From NCBI RefSeq assembly GCF_006345805.1, contig NC_042998.1, positions 37,076,001-37,140,000 of the forward strand: a stretch of DNA of 64,000 bases, read 5' to 3'. Origin of the DNA: Octopus sinensis (lineage: Eukaryota). The notes beneath the pieces are model-generated. The model saw only the letters and a program-made list of their open reading frames with translations. It was not told where the DNA came from and did not search any database. Positions within the stretch are counted from its first letter, which is position 1; each line of letters begins with the position of its first letter. Below are positions 39,257 to 53,464 of this stretch, piece by piece. The translations under genes and the position numbers were made by a program.

Positions 39257-40989
39257 CAAATAACATACCACGCCACAAAATGACAATATATTCTGTAAAA
39301 GTACACGAAATAATATGTTAGAACAGGAAACAGATCTCAATAATATAACAGAATTGGAGTCTCATATGAACATAAGATATACAGTTAAAATGAAAGTACT
39401 TCAAATAACTCTGAGAGTAAATGATATTAAAACACGCATAAATTTATTGGAAACTTAGAGCGCAACTGTTACAGTTATTATAAAACTAAATTTTCATTAG
39501 TACTATTTTCAACACGCCTCTGTACAAACAACTGTACAAACAACATAGACACATAACGTTAATGTGATTACATATTTCGTGTCAGCGCACGTCGCTTACC
39601 CCTGGATATTTTAAGATGAAAATCATTTCACTTCTCAAAACATAAGTAAATTGACTGTCATAAAATGAATAGTTCTTTCCCGATTCATGGATGCTCCCGT
39701 CAATACATTATATGCAAGTATTAAGATGGATTGTTATTATTCTGTAGTTTTTAATCAAGCTATTTATGTAGCAAGGCGACGAAAGAACGATGAAGATGAC
39801 GAACGTATTGTGCGCTTGACAGATATAAAGATAATTTTCATCGTAATAAAGACGTACTTGCTCGCAATCTGCCTAGGAAATGGCTTTCTCATCAATATCT
39901 ATATATAACAGGTTAATCTTGTTACTGACCGCGCAAAGTTTCCATATGAGAAAACCAGTGATCCCATCAATGCCCCAGTTATTTTATACATAGCTGACTG
40001 CCATGCAGATAATCTGTTTGCATTGATATGCGAGCACAATATTCTGATTTGAAATTCAAAGGGTAAGGTGATGGCTTTAGTACGACAGAAAAGCACTACT
40101 TGGTCAAGTCATTGAAGATAGAGAAATTGAAAATGTATGTGCAATACAGAATGATATGAATACAAATAGAGAACAATGATGGTGATGATGAAATCGTTAT
40201 TATACAAGGAAAAAGTACGTATCATATGAAATATATAGATGAAGAAGAAAATAAAAAAAACACATTGCTGCGCTTCGTCTTTGTAACATATTGCTTGTTT
40301 CTGATCACGATTCAAAAACTGTTCGATTGGTAATATGTTTGACAATAGCATATATTATAGAGACGTTGTTACACATTGCAATTATATAGTAAAGACTATA
40401 TAATATATTATAAAATGTGTGTGTATGTATGTATACATGTATGTTTAAGTGTCTATGTGAGCACCACGCATATGTTTTACACTCGCTAATTGATACTATT
40501 ACACATACAAGTTTTGGTCCATACACCCCATCAAGCAAACGCATACGCAAATACACACACATATAGAAAGAGGAAGATAAAGAAGGATAAAAAGCGAGTC
40601 AGAGAGAATGAGAAGCAAAAACAGCTGCTAAAAATTATTTCACAATTCCATTTCGACCAACTCAGTATAGATGCAATTCCAAACTCTCAATTACACAGAA
40701 TATATTTGGTTCTAAAAAAAAATTCTTTTGTTTCTTTCACATTGAATGCTCACGGGACTCCATATTTAACTGTTTGTTGTCTGCTAACTACTGCTTATAG
40801 AGCGGCTTCATGCAAAAATTTGACGAAGCTAAGGGATACGTTTCTGTAGAAACAACAAGGTGATTCATTTGTTTGAGCTATTAACCTTCGAGACCTTGGT
40901 CAATGTCCCAACTAATGTCTAATTAGTACAAAAGTATTAATTAGATAAAGATACGTCTTCAAAAGTTTGTTTGTCTAATTAGCTTTATT

Positions 40990-41160
<171 letters not shown>

Positions 41161-41179
41161 TAGATATGTATATATGCAA

Positions 41180-43556
41180 CTTTGATAGGTTTCGGCCTGT
41201 ATAGGTCCAGGCCATGTCTAAGTTAATAGCACCACCTGGTGAAGTATTTTAGTCATATAATTTTGAGTTTTATGGGATCCGTTTCCTGTTTCACGTATTT
41301 TGGTTTGGTATTAAAGAGAGCTGGACTGATTGAGGCAAAATAGTTGTGATGTGATGTTATGTGTCCCGAGTTCACTTTTTGCATTGGACGGATCGCACGA
41401 GAACCAAGTCTTGAGTGCATTTTAAAGTTGATGCTAACATCATTTGTGCAATATTGATGGAATAATTTCCACATCACAAAAATAATGTAACGCTCCCGGC
41501 GGCGTTGGAGAGAGTAGAGATTGAGTGGTTTTCGTTGATCCCAATAGTCAATGCCTATCATACCGTCTGTTTTTCTTGTTATTGACCTCTGGAATGCTTC
41601 CACTTTTATAATGAGTTGATTCGTATGGGGTGACCACAGTGGGAAACAGTATTCAAGGTGGGGTCGGACAAGTGTAGGAAGGATGATGGTGTTGGCATCT
41701 CTAAACCGGAAAGTTCTGACAATGAAAGAGCACATCTTGCCGGCCAAGTCAACCTTGCTGTTTACGTGGGAATTCCAGCTTAGATTGTTATCAACAATTA
41801 CTCCAAGGTCTATGATCTTGCATGACACAAGGGAGTCACCCGACGGAAGAGCATATGGTAATTTCAGAGTATCCTTTTTTCCAAAGTGGATCAAATTAAA
41901 CTTATCTTCATTTAGAAGTATATTGTGTTTTTCCACCCAATGGACAACAGCAAACAGATCCAACTGAAGGCATGTTCGGTCTCCCATACTGTTCACAGCT
42001 TTCTGGAGTTTGGAATCATCTGCAAATATTTTCAATGTAGAATGTTTGTCTGCTATGTCGTGGGTGTAAATAATGAAGAGGAGTGTGCCCAACACAATAC
42101 CTTGTGGGACACCACGATTTACTTTGGCTGAGCTGGATCGGATTTTCTCGAACACAAAATGTCGGGTTCTGTTCGTCAGGAAACACATGATCCACTGCAG
42201 CAGCTTTCCACGGACGCCAATGCTGGGCAGTTTCTTCATCATGATTTTGTGGTCTACTCTGTCAAAGGCCTTGCTGAAATCAATGTATATGACGTCAGTG
42301 TTGGAACCTTCTCCCAAGCTTTTAAGATGTCATCAAAACGGTGCAGAAGATGCCAGAAGCACTCACAGCCATCACGGAAACCATGCTGGTGGAGGTTTAG
42401 CAGATTGTTGTCTTCGAGGAAGTGAGTTATTCGCAATATCACCACCCTCTCAAATATTTTAATGATATGAGAGGTGAGTGAAATCGGACGGTAGTTAACT
42501 GCAAGAGATTTGTTTCACCTTTTGAAGACTGGAACGACAGACTCGGAAAGAAAATGATCAGGAATGTAGCCTGCGTAAAGTGAGTCCCTCCAGCGCTCAG
42601 CTAGAGGAGGTGCAATTTAATATCGACACATCTTCAGGACAGTGGCTGGAAACTTATCGGGACCTACTGACGAGTTGTGCTTGATCTTATTTATTTCTGT
42701 TAGGATATCAGGAACACCAAATATTATGTCAGATATAGTTAGTTGAGGGTTTACATCACTGATATGTATATAGATGAACTGCATTAGCAGTATTGAAAAC
42801 ACAGCAGTGCTGTTTCTGTCGTATCAGGCAAATGAATTTTGCATCATCAGGTAGAGTGTCGTTCTCATCAACCAGAGGACCAGCAGTGGAAACAGCGACT
42901 TTATATTTTCTCAGCTTTTTTTTATTTGCAAAAGAAAAGAACACTTTCAGATTGCGCTTTATTTCCTCAATGGCCCAATTCTCCTCAGTTATCATGCTGT
43001 TTTTGGAGGATGTGTTTTTTTTATTCGAGCGATGCAAGTGCAGTCGAATGGGTGCGTTGCTGCTGGCAGTATTTAAGTTGGGTGGTTTTCTTGTTAATTC
43101 TTTTTATTTTCCTGATAATTGCTCTTCCATTTCTAGGGATTCTGCACTTAGATTTGTATACTGATCTTAATGGAGTATGTTTGGCGCATATATTTCTTGC
43201 AGTCTGTACAAATATCTGCCATGATGTGTTTATGTTGGAGGGTGGGGTGCGTGCGTGAAGGCCCAATCAACTTGTGAAAGATCATGACTGTGAAAGATCA
43301 TAAAGCTCGAATGGACGTACTGGAGAGATGTCATTGGATTTGATCATTGGTTGGTAAATTATCAGATACCAGAGAACCATGTCATTATCTGAGAGCAGAG
43401 GAGTTTTTTCCACTGCAATGTTTTGGATTCAGTGTCCATACTGTGACACATTGTTGGTTCATGAACAAGTTGAATCGGGAAAGAATTATCCATGAAATCA
43501 AAATATAATTTGAATGCTTCCTTATGAGCTGTTGAGGTGGAAAAACTTGACTTCAA
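41180..43556 (-). mobile_element. CR1-like LINE, 5'-truncated and degenerate
   Basis: Frameshifted pieces from the endonuclease tail (QLVHEPT) through SVGPDKFP and QHGFR to the RT; 3' hairpin GGCCTG-8nt-CAGGCC at 41194-41213. Confidence 0.9.
41253..42317 (-). pseudogene. LINE reverse transcriptase domain (354-aa open fragment)
   Basis: YIDFSKAFDRVDH, GVPQGIVLGTLLF, FADDSKL, DLGVIVD, LVRPHLEYC and SLQRRRERY motifs; not an independent gene because the upstream frame is broken. Confidence 0.9.
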
Positions 43557-43559
43557 GAT

Positions 43560-43606
<47 letters not shown>

Positions 43607-43607
<1 letters not shown>

Positions 43608-43760
43608 CTGGCAGTATAGCCTGACTTTGCTCGGGAATAAGTTAGGATAATGAAGCTATTGAAGCTCTTTATTTCAAAACAAACTAAGTAACATCAACGT
43701 CAAATTTGAGCAAAATCCGTTGAAATTGGCTGAAAATGAGTTGCAGACAATTTGATTGGG
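43607..43760 (+). mobile_element. Diverged DINE/HINE-like element, 5' part
   Basis: Starts ACTGGCAGTATAGCCTGACTTTGCTCGGG, resembling the start at 48031; contains AAATTTGAGCAAAATCCG. Confidence 0.5.
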
Positions 43761-43799
43761 GAATCGGTGTATCGATTTTTTTCCACTCATCGATTGTGT

Positions 43800-43946
43800 T
43801 TTTTCAAAGAAAAATGGTGACTATGTTGAGAAATAGGGATGTGATCCACAGAGCACCCGTTTCATTTTGATGTATGACACATGTTCCTGTGCTGGTAATT
43901 ATACCTGTTCTACACAAAATGTCATTACATAATGACTCACCCTCGT
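43800..43946 (+). mobile_element. Mariner 3' end
   Basis: Encodes KNGDYVEK* (typical mariner C-terminus) and ends ATGACTCACCCTCG|TA. Confidence 0.7.
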
Positions 43947-44252
43947 ATATACTGTGTTGGATTTGGATGTTCCAGAAGTTGGTGCTTATGTAAACCACTC
44001 ACCAAGTGGTTAAAATACTTTATACTTTCATTTTTTTTGTGTTTAAGCTCTCCCTCTCCCGTTGTTGCACTCGCTATCTCTCTTTTTTTTAAAAAAAAGG
44101 AAATGTAACGTTCTGCGATTGATACTTGCATATACCCATATACCTATGTATGTCTGAGTGTCTCTTCTGAATTGTAATTGAAATTACAATAATAAATATT
44201 AATTTATTTGCTACCATTACAGCTAATGTACTCTTTGGCGCACTTTGCAGTC

Positions 44253-44308
44253 TCCACACGAATAAAATAGATTAGAATTCTCCACACGAATAAAATAGAT
44301 TAGAATTC
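44253..44308. repeat. 28-bp perfect tandem duplication
   Basis: TCCACACGAATAAAATAGATTAGAATTC occurs twice in succession. Confidence 0.95.
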
Positions 44309-45084
44309 TTTGAAATTTTAACCGAACCTTGAAATAACGTGAATAATACTTTTTATATATAATCCAGATAAACTGGAATTTCTTTCATTTATTTCCGGCT
44401 GACGAACCTCACCAGTCATGTTTCTATAAATTCTATTCATCTCCACACACAGGGGTTTATCCCGGTATGATTCCATAAATTTTATACAAATGACTAGAAG
44501 TGATTGTAAATTTAGTTATTCGACATATGATACTTATATGAAAGAAACAACTCAGTCTTGAATACTATGTGCGATTAGAAGTTTTGTAGCGACTGGAATC
44601 GGTGTTTTTTTTAATGACGAAGCACTGTGGTGGATGCGATAGAACAGCTCATAATTGGTTGTAATGGAGACTCTTACGTGGTTGTAATGAAATAGCTCAG
44701 AAATATTTTTAATGACTCACTCAACAAGAATTTACTACTTGAACGGACCATAAACAAAAATTGATTTAAACAGGATTTAGCTAAACCTATCATGTGGTGC
44801 TTTTAAGTTAGACATAGCCTGAACCAATCCTTGGTCGAAACATATCTACGATTTTTCTAAGTTTTATAGGGAAAAAGTGTTTTGATACAAGTCTGTACTA
44901 ATTCTACTGAAACAACTAACTGACACCTGTCAATACCAAACTCAGTGATAGTTGTAATAAACTAACATGATAGGCAAAACGATAACGCAGAAGTGTAGAG
45001 CTGGTAATTATTTCTGTAATTAGTAAGTGATGCAGTTCCGAGATTCGTGTTATGTAGGATTGCAGTAGTAAAAGCAATCACTGA

Positions 45085-45325
45085 GATACCTATTTCTTTA
45101 CAACCCACAAGGAGCTAAACACAGAGGGGATGAACAAGGAAAGATACACGGATTAGGTCGAGTATATCGATCCCAGTGCGTAACTGGTACTTATTTAATC
45201 GACCCCGAAACGATGACAGGCAAAGTCGACCTCGGCGGAATTAGAACTCAGAACGTAACGGCAGACGAAATACAGCTAAGCATTTCGCCCGGCGTGCTAA
45301 CGATTCTGCCAGGTCACCGCCCGAG
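45085..45325 (-). mobile_element. tRNA-derived SINE (same family as 28482)
   Basis: Reverse complement of the head, B-box and tail of the 28482 family. Confidence 0.9.
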
Positions 45326-45726
45326 ATACCTTTATCTTTAACATCTACTATATCTACTGCAGCCTGATTCGTTAGTTTTGGGATGCTTGGAACATGATAA
45401 ACAGGCTGACCGACATGGCGGATACAGATACACCGTTTTGTTTGTTTTTGTTGAAGATTACATGCGTTCATTTAGTTCATTCTTTAGGATCTATTATTAA
45501 TTGGCCTTCATTTCATTGGCTCTCGGACTTTTTATGCTAACAATGCATATTTTGTGGGTACCCCATGTTATAGTAGAAACTGTAATTGAAATCCTTTTGA
45601 AATACCATGGAGATATAAACAGACAGTTGAAACAGTATCATCTAATATGGCACACGCATTAGTGAATTCTTTTGAAACTTGTGGTAAACCTCACCAAAAT
45701 GAACACATACGTACATATTATGTATA

Positions 45727-46633
45727 TTGGGTCATCACATAAATTATGCGGTTTTTTCAATTGCATGAACTAAAAGTTGGAGTGGGACGGGATAAACTAA
45801 CTGTATTAACTTGCTATAAAATTAGGTAGCAATTTTACTTTGTACTTATTCTTAGTGCATGTCTTGAAGAATGCAATTCGATTTTAAGTCATATTTTGAA
45901 AGTGACAAAGGATCATATTCGGCATATTTTGCTTTATGAGTCCAATAAAGGCAACAAAGCAACGGAAAGTGCGAGGAATATTTAATGCAGTATATGGGGA
46001 TTGGACTGTAAGCGTAATCTAATGTCAACGGTGGTTCCAGAAATTCCGAGCCGGAAGCTACAGCCTAGAAGACGATCATCGTCCTTGAAAATCTGTCGAG
46101 CACGACCAGGACGTCTTGCAAACCTGTTGGAACAAAATCCCATCGTAACTGTTGAGGATCTAGCAGAGTATGTTGGATTTGGTCATTCAGCCATTCATCG
46201 ACACATGCATGCTTTCGAAATATCAGCAAATTGGATCAATGGGTTCCTCACAAACTTTCCGAGTGTAATGGCGCGGCCACACACAGAAAGGATGACATTC
46301 CAACGGCTGGAGCAGTTTCTTTGGGAACGATGCCTCAGTCACCATATTCGTCGGATATTGCCCCATTTGATTATCATTTATTCCGCAGTCTTCAAAATGA
46401 TTTGGTCGGAAAAACATGAATTCTGTAGATGAGGTCAGAACAGAATTGGAGGAGTATTTTCCGTCACGGTCAAGTGAGTTTTGGAAGACGGCCTTGCAGG
46501 TCTACCCGGTTGATGGAAGAACATTCCAGAAAATGAAAGATAGTATATTTTAGATTAAAAAGAGATCTTTTTATCCTAATTTAAAAAAATAAAAGAAGTA
46601 TTAAAAACTTGCATTATCTATGTGATGGCCCAA
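45727..46633 (+). mobile_element. Internally deleted mariner with TIRs and TA TSD
   Basis: TA|TTGGGTCATCACATAAATTATGC at the left and GCATTATCTATGTGATGGCCCAA|TA at the right; fragments HIRHILLYE, WVPHKLS and SPYSSDIAPFDYHLFRSLQN. Confidence 0.9.
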
Positions 46634-46651
46634 TATAAATAAATATATATA

Positions 46652-46730
<79 letters not shown>

Positions 46731-47181
46731 GTATGTATATATATATAATTACTAAAAAAAGGTGATAATTAATATATTGCATTTAGATAACATGCTCATC
46801 ACAACGATATCCAAGACGAAGGACAGATTCATTCGAGAAAACTTTAGCTACATATACAGATGGGGCTTAACTAAAAAAACAAATAAAAGTTGGATGATTT
46901 AAAGATGGAGATAGGAAAGCCATTTCATTCATTCTGTTTGGGTCAATTATCCTGTAACTTTGAAATAGGCATACATTTTATGTACACGCTAAAATAGAGA
47001 CGTAGTATTCGAATAAAATCCAGCACGGAAATGCTAAACGGGAAAGGTATACTAAAATAACTATCAATGATACCCCTGCTGCTCTGTTGTAATTAAATTT
47101 CCAGCTACATTGAAATAGCCATTATCACTATACTCACACATGAAACAAGGACACGTATACGTATATACATGCCCACGTGCT

Positions 47182-47226
<45 letters not shown>

Positions 47227-47265
47227 ACGTATGTATGTGATTGCGTGTGAGTACATACATACATA

Positions 47266-47319
<54 letters not shown>

Positions 47320-47492
47320 ATATATATATATATTTATATATACATACATACACACATACACGTATAGATGTACACATATACTTCTACGTGACATGTAATA
47401 TGTACACACACACACACACATATATATATATAATTATACGCATACTTAGATATATATGTGTGTGTGTGTATGTATGTATGTAAGTATGTATG

Positions 47493-47565
<73 letters not shown>

Positions 47566-48030
47566 AACCAGTTACCTTTAAAATAAAGTTCCATTCTTGT
47601 GCATTATTTTCAGTATACACGTTTTGCCAGAAAAAGTGAACGGAAATGCAACTGATGGAAATTACATTAAAATCGGAATTAACTCAATTCTTCAAAATTA
47701 TCATAACTAAAGCAATTATTTTTTACGTTCTACTCCATATCCATATCCATGTGACTGTTGGTTATCACATGTTAGAATTGTATTTGAATAAAAAAAAACT
47801 AGTGTAAGAAATGCATTGCTTAAAGTATAACAGCAGACACAGGAGGTCGAATTCCTTGCTCGGCATTTGGTCATTTTTTTTCTAAATTTCTTTTCTGCTT
47901 ATAATCCAAGAAAACAGTAAATTAAAACTTTATAAGTTCTACATAAAAACAGAAATGGGAGCACAAAGGATGACGCTTATAAGGAAAGAGACATTAATCC
48001 ATCTTTAAAAAATTTCTTTTTTATATCCGT

Positions 48031-48416
48031 ACTAGCAGTATCGCCCGGCGTTGCTCAGGTTTGTAAGGGAAATAACTATAAAGCATTTTTAGAGAGTTAT
48101 AGCCAAAAAATAGCAAAAAAATGGAAAAAAAATGATGGTAAATTTTTTTTGAGAGTTAAAAAAGGTGGAGTTGCGTCCCCTAGACGGTCTGTGGTTTGGG
48201 TTTCTGATTCTCGACCCCATGTCGAATTTATCGATTTTTTTCAGAACTGGGGGAACTTTTCCAAATTTTCGCTGCGTTAGTTTTGAATTATGACATTGGA
48301 CTATGTGTGTGTCAAGTTTCATCAGAATCGGTTGAAAGCCGTGGTCAGAGTGAGGGTACGAGAAAACAGACACACAGAAAACGCACAGACGAACTGCCGT
48401 TTATATAGAGAGAGAT
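48031..48416 (+). mobile_element. Non-autonomous DINE/HINE (Helentron/Helitron-associated)-like element
   Basis: A|CTAGCAGTATCGCCCGGCGTTGCTC start, AAGTTTCATCAGAATCGGTTGAA, CAGACAC repeats, TTATATAGAG..GAT end; the same architecture as DINE-1/Lep1-type elements. Confidence 0.7.
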
Positions 48417-48754
48417 AATTATTACGTTATTTATTTTACTCCATTTCTAGGAAATTTTAAGCAACATAATATTTTACCGCAAATTTACAAATATTTTCAA
48501 TATCCTTATGAATATTTTCCTTTTACTTTCCTATACACGTCACTGATCACTTACTGAAATATACTCTTTTATCTGCCCCACATGAAATTCTCCCTTCCAT
48601 GCTTTCATTTACTGCAGCTCTGCTCATTACCTTACTTTACAAATGTCGGCTTTTCAAACCAACCATAACTTACAATTCCCCACCATTTCTTCTTTCCAAA
48701 CAACTTCTCCTTCACTTAGATTCCTTTATTATTTTCTTATCCCACATTAAACTG

Positions 48755-48920
48755 GTAATATCACATTTGCTTTTTCCGTCGAGGTCGACTTTGACTTTCA
48801 TCCCTTCGAGGTCGATTAAATAAGCACCAATAACGCACTGGGGTCGTTTTAATCGACTTAATTCCTCTGTCCTTGTTTGTCGCCTCTATGTTTAACTCCC
48901 TGTGGGTAATAAAGAAATGA
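48755..48920 (+). mobile_element. 5'-truncated tRNA-derived SINE
   Basis: GAGGTCGACTTTGACTTTCATCCCTTCGAGGTCGATT..GTGGGTAATAAAGAAAT, matching the 28482 family. Confidence 0.85.
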
Positions 48921-49840
48921 ATAACACCTTCGACTTCGTTCTGTCAGACGAAGAAGAGTCATAAACTTTATTTTACCACCATCCATATAATTCGATCTTA
49001 AAAAACCTAGAAATCAGACTTCTCCTTGTACTCATAAATCCGAAGAAAAAACATTATTTACATGTGTAAAATTTTAAAATATATTCTGAATAATTCTTAA
49101 TACACTCGGGCAGATACCATGGTGAACATTTGATGGCTGTTGTTTTCACCAACGGACGACATCACTACCTTTTAGTTTATGTATTTTCATAACATTTGAC
49201 ACTTTTCGTTCACCCGTTCATCTCTGTCGGTCGTCTCCGGGACACAACATTGTTTCGACCTTGTTATATGTCTCCTCATTTCTTCCCCAATGTTACAGCA
49301 CGAAACAATATCCAGCCGCTCCATAAAATACTAACCAAAACACAAGCATTTTTAAAATTATCATTGTTTGTATATCTTTGAGATACATGGAAATACAGAC
49401 GTGAAGCAACCGTCGTGTAGGTACTCGCTGAATGAAACAATAGAAATTACTTGTCAAATATCTTACTATAGAGGCTTAAAGACTAACATTCACAATGTAA
49501 TTCTAGTTTTTTTAAGAAAGCAGGCAGATCAGGAAATGCACGACTTCGGTACAATCATTCAACACGCATATATCTTCAGATGATACTGCAATAGTACAGT
49601 CCTCTGTTCTATATTACAGCTGACTATAAAATATTCTACTATATTTTGTATCTAAAAGCTGTAGATGTAGCACAGCTTTATTTGCCGAATTCATTAGGTA
49701 TAATGGTATGTATAAGCAAATAAGCGATACGAACAGAATAATCACAATTTAAATACTGTGAAAATTGAACTGTATTAAGATATACTCCAGTTTTATTCTT
49801 AAAGTATTTAAATGAACGCGATAAGACAAATAGTACTCAC

Positions 49841-49861
49841 CTGTATCCAACTGACATCATT
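49841..49861 (-). other. Candidate 21-nt micro-exon
   Basis: cctcttctttcag|AATGATGTCAGTTGGATACAG|gtgagt: strong acceptor and consensus donor; NDVSWIQ in phase 0. Confidence 0.4.
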
Positions 49862-50584
49862 CTGAAAGAAGAGGATCATTTCAGGGGATAAGTGAAGTGC
49901 TCTTCATAATGAAATGGGTTAATGGAAGTCACTCTAGATGGATGTAAGTAAGGTCAGATGAAAATGAAATTAAGCTGCACCATTTAGCAATAAAATAAAT
50001 TAGTTCTCTTAAATTATTTTGTTAGAAAATATGAAATGAAGAGAAGTGTTCCAACCGTCGTACGCCCTACATAACTCAACTCTAGAGGAATAATAACAGT
50101 ACGAGAATTAATATTTGGATATTGACAAAATACGCTCACGTTGTACAGAAAATATATGAAGTGTTATTTAAAATCGGAATTATAATATCATTTCCTCTTT
50201 CCAAACAACCTCTCCTTCACTTCCTTGTACCGTAGAATGAAAACATGAACTTTGAAGGAAACTAAAGTTCTGCTGCATTGATTAAACATTATGTCTAAGT
50301 TGTACGCAAGTTGTCTCATTCAATTTCTCTAGTATCTTTCCACCCTGAAGAAAGTATTAACTGATGAACAGATAAACAGAAATAAAAGACCAACCGAATG
50401 TGCGGAACACATTTTAATCAATAACGTTTGCTCCTTCTAAAGAAGAATGTCACTGCAGAAATAATAACAGTGTGTCTTGATCATGTAACTGTGGGTTTGA
50501 CTTTATTTCACAATCATCAGTGCTAGAAACATTATACTGTGCAAACGTATATGATGACACAGATGCTTTTATTGGGAGACTCAC

Positions 50585-50605
50585 AAGATTTCGGACAAAG
50601 ATCCT
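50585..50605 (-). other. Candidate 21-nt micro-exon
   Basis: ttagttatgtatcag|AGGATCTTTGTCCGAAATCTT|gtgagt; RIFVRNL in phase 0; moderate acceptor. Confidence 0.3.
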
Positions 50606-50860
50606 CTGATACATAACTAAACTAAGAAGGATTTTGGTACTATGCTTTTCAAAATTCAAAAGAAATATTCAAATGTAATAATTTGTCTGTGATTATTTAG
50701 TTTAGATTAATAATTATATGTTACTTTTTATATCTTCAAGAAACTCACACGTAACGCAATTTATTTCTACCCTACCTAAAGTTTGGCACAATAATGTTTA
50801 CATCACGTAGAAAATATTGTAATTAATGACCTTCATATTTCACATTTATACATATATATA

Positions 50861-50906
<46 letters not shown>

Positions 50907-50924
50907 TATATATATTCTTTTGTT

Positions 50925-50960
50925 CTTTCTGATGAAGAGCGTAGGATGGAAATGTAAAAG
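50925..50960 (+). ncRNA. Degenerate hammerhead in PLE terminal-repeat-like sequence (copy A)
   Basis: cttt CTGATGA a gagc-gtag-gatg GAAA TG TA aaag; stem I is perfect, stems II and III are decayed relative to the 60841 motif. Confidence 0.5.
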
Positions 50961-51431
50961 ACTTTGTGGCCTTCCCGAACGTTAAACTAATACACCTGTT
51001 TGTTGTTCACAGACATGTCTTCGTCTTTTGTCTTTTTGTAAATTCCAACTATATATATATATATATACTTTGCATATTATCACGTCCCCGGGTTGTTGTA
51101 TTTTGCATTGATACTTTCATAATCTGACAGGCTTCGGCCAGCTAGCAAAGTTATTCACATCAGGAATAGGACAACATGGTTCACTCGATGAAAGTGTAAT
51201 TGCTTATGGAAATATATTCAGGTTTAAGTGGTTTATCCGGGATATTTTGAAGGAATTTGCACAACGATTTTTTGAACTTTTTATGTGGTCTGTATTGGCT
51301 TTAATGTGTTTTGGTGTAATGTCAAAGAGAGTGTGGCCAACTGAGGTGAAGTAATTGGGCGCTATATGTATATATATATATACACATACATATATATACG
51401 TGCATATGTATATATATATTTATATATGTAT

Positions 51432-51478
<47 letters not shown>

Positions 51479-51608
51479 TTATATATATATATATATGTGT
51501 ACATTTATATATTTGTTTATATATATGTATATATAAATGTATATATATGTATATATATGCATATATATATATATATTATATATATATATACACACATACA
51601 CACACACA

Positions 51609-51681
<73 letters not shown>

Positions 51682-51699
51682 TATATATATTCTTTTGTT

Positions 51700-51735
51700 C
51701 TTTCTGATGAAGAGCGTAGGATGGAAATGTAAAAG
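51700..51735 (+). ncRNA. Degenerate hammerhead (copy B)
   Basis: Identical to 50925-50960. Confidence 0.5.
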
Positions 51736-52225
51736 ACTTTGTGGCCTTCCCGAACGTTAAACTAATACACCTGTTTGTTGTTCACAGACATGTCTTCGTC
51801 TTTTGTCTTTTTGTAAATTCCAACTATATATATATATATATACTTTGCATATTATCACGTCCCCGGGTTGTTGTATTTTGCATTGATACTTTCATAATCT
51901 GACAGGCTTCGGCCAGCTAGCAAAGTTATTCACATCAGGAATAGGACAACATGGTTCACTCGATGAAAGTGTAATTGCTTATGGAAATATATTCAGGTTT
52001 AAGTGGTTTATCCGGGATATTTTGAAGGAATTTGCACAACGATTTTTTGAACTTTTTATGTGGTCTGTATTGGCTTTAATGTGTTTTGGTGTAATGTCAA
52101 AGAGAGTGTGGCCAACTGAGGTGAAGTAATTGGGCGCTATATGTATATATATATATACACATACATATATATACGTGCATATGTATATATATATTTATAT
52201 ATGTATATATATGTATATATATATT

Positions 52226-52256
<31 letters not shown>

Positions 52257-52340
52257 TTATATATATATATATATATGTGTACATTTATATATTTGTTTAT
52301 ATATATGTATATATAAATGTATATATATGTATATATATGC

Positions 52341-52376
<36 letters not shown>

Positions 52377-52388
52377 ACACACACAGAC

Positions 52389-52446
<58 letters not shown>

Positions 52447-53464
52447 GATACATATATGTATGTGCTTACGTATATTTTTTCCGTTGTAATACATTGACTT
52501 CCGAGTTTAGCTTTCTCTCGGAAATGCTCTCGATTAGGCGATTCCTAGGCGGAAACATTTTGGCCGCAAATCGTTACTAAAGCTCTATAAAATATAAATA
52601 TCTACGAGCTGATTTAACAGGAGAAAGAGAGTTACCTGAACGGAAATATGCCAATTTCAATACATCACATCATATTTTAGCACTTTCAACGTTTATGGTA
52701 TGATATGCGACTTATCTTCTACTTATATAGATTACTGTCTCTGTTGTTATGAATGCAGGTGTGTAGTTTGTGTGTGTTTTAGTGAGTCGTTCTGAGATTA
52801 AAGGTGTGAATAAACAGGGGAAGCATTGAGTGAGAGAGAAATGCAAGATATATGTATACGAAAGATTTTCCTAATTTTAATTCTTGTTCTGTATTGTAAA
52901 CGATCCAAGCAATTTAAGTGCATGGGGTGACCATGTAAAAAGTTTCAAAACTACGTTTCCGACGTCAGTCAGCGGTGCAGTTCACAGTTATCTCGTGATT
53001 ACATTGGCACCTGAAACACTAAATGATATGTGATGCGACACCATTCTGGCCAGAGATCGAGGACCATAGTTTAATAAGACTCATGTTACCATGCGTTTTT
53101 CTCTTACACACTCTTTGATTTACTTTCATTGCCGAGATGTACACTGTATTTCTTTTTCTATCCCGGTCTCTCTCACGAGCCCTTCTACCTCTATTCAATT
53201 ATCCTCATTAAAAATAAGCGATCACAACCTGTTTTCTTCGAGCTTCATAAATATTTTGAGAATATTTATGAAGATGTTTACCGGCTATCAATTTATGGAT
53301 AAAATTTGCTTAGATATATTTCACTTTCTGTTATATTTCATTCTACACAAATATGTAAGCCAATACACTTTAAATAATGAAAATCTTGCTTTATTTTCTC
53401 TGCCTTGGTCGCCTTCGCATTTAAGTTTTTGGTAATATTCTGATTCAGTTTGTCGTATTTATTT

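Larger units (their letters stand above)
50915..52445. repeat. Tandem duplication of an ~775-bp unit bounded by (TA)n
   Basis: TTCTTTTGTTCTTTCTGATGAAGAGC starts at about 50915 and 51690; the unique parts look identical, and even the microsatellite interruption pattern is copied. Confidence 0.95.

Noticed and set aside
39760-39845. Purine-rich exon-like run (ARRRKNDEDDERIVRL)
   Set aside because: Weak donor site and no recognisable homology.
41180-41215. Hairpin followed by GAAAC at the LINE 3' end (also about 15850-15875) resembling half a hammerhead
   Set aside because: No CUGANGA box upstream; better explained as a LINE 3' recognition stem-loop.
51070-51360. Minus-strand [10 protein letters not shown] resembling a LINE linker
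   Set aside because: One short motif only, with no flanking RT or endonuclease motifs.
52950-53010. Minus-strand acceptor followed by CQCNHEITVNC (Cys-rich, LRRNT-like)
   Set aside because: In-frame stop and no good donor site.
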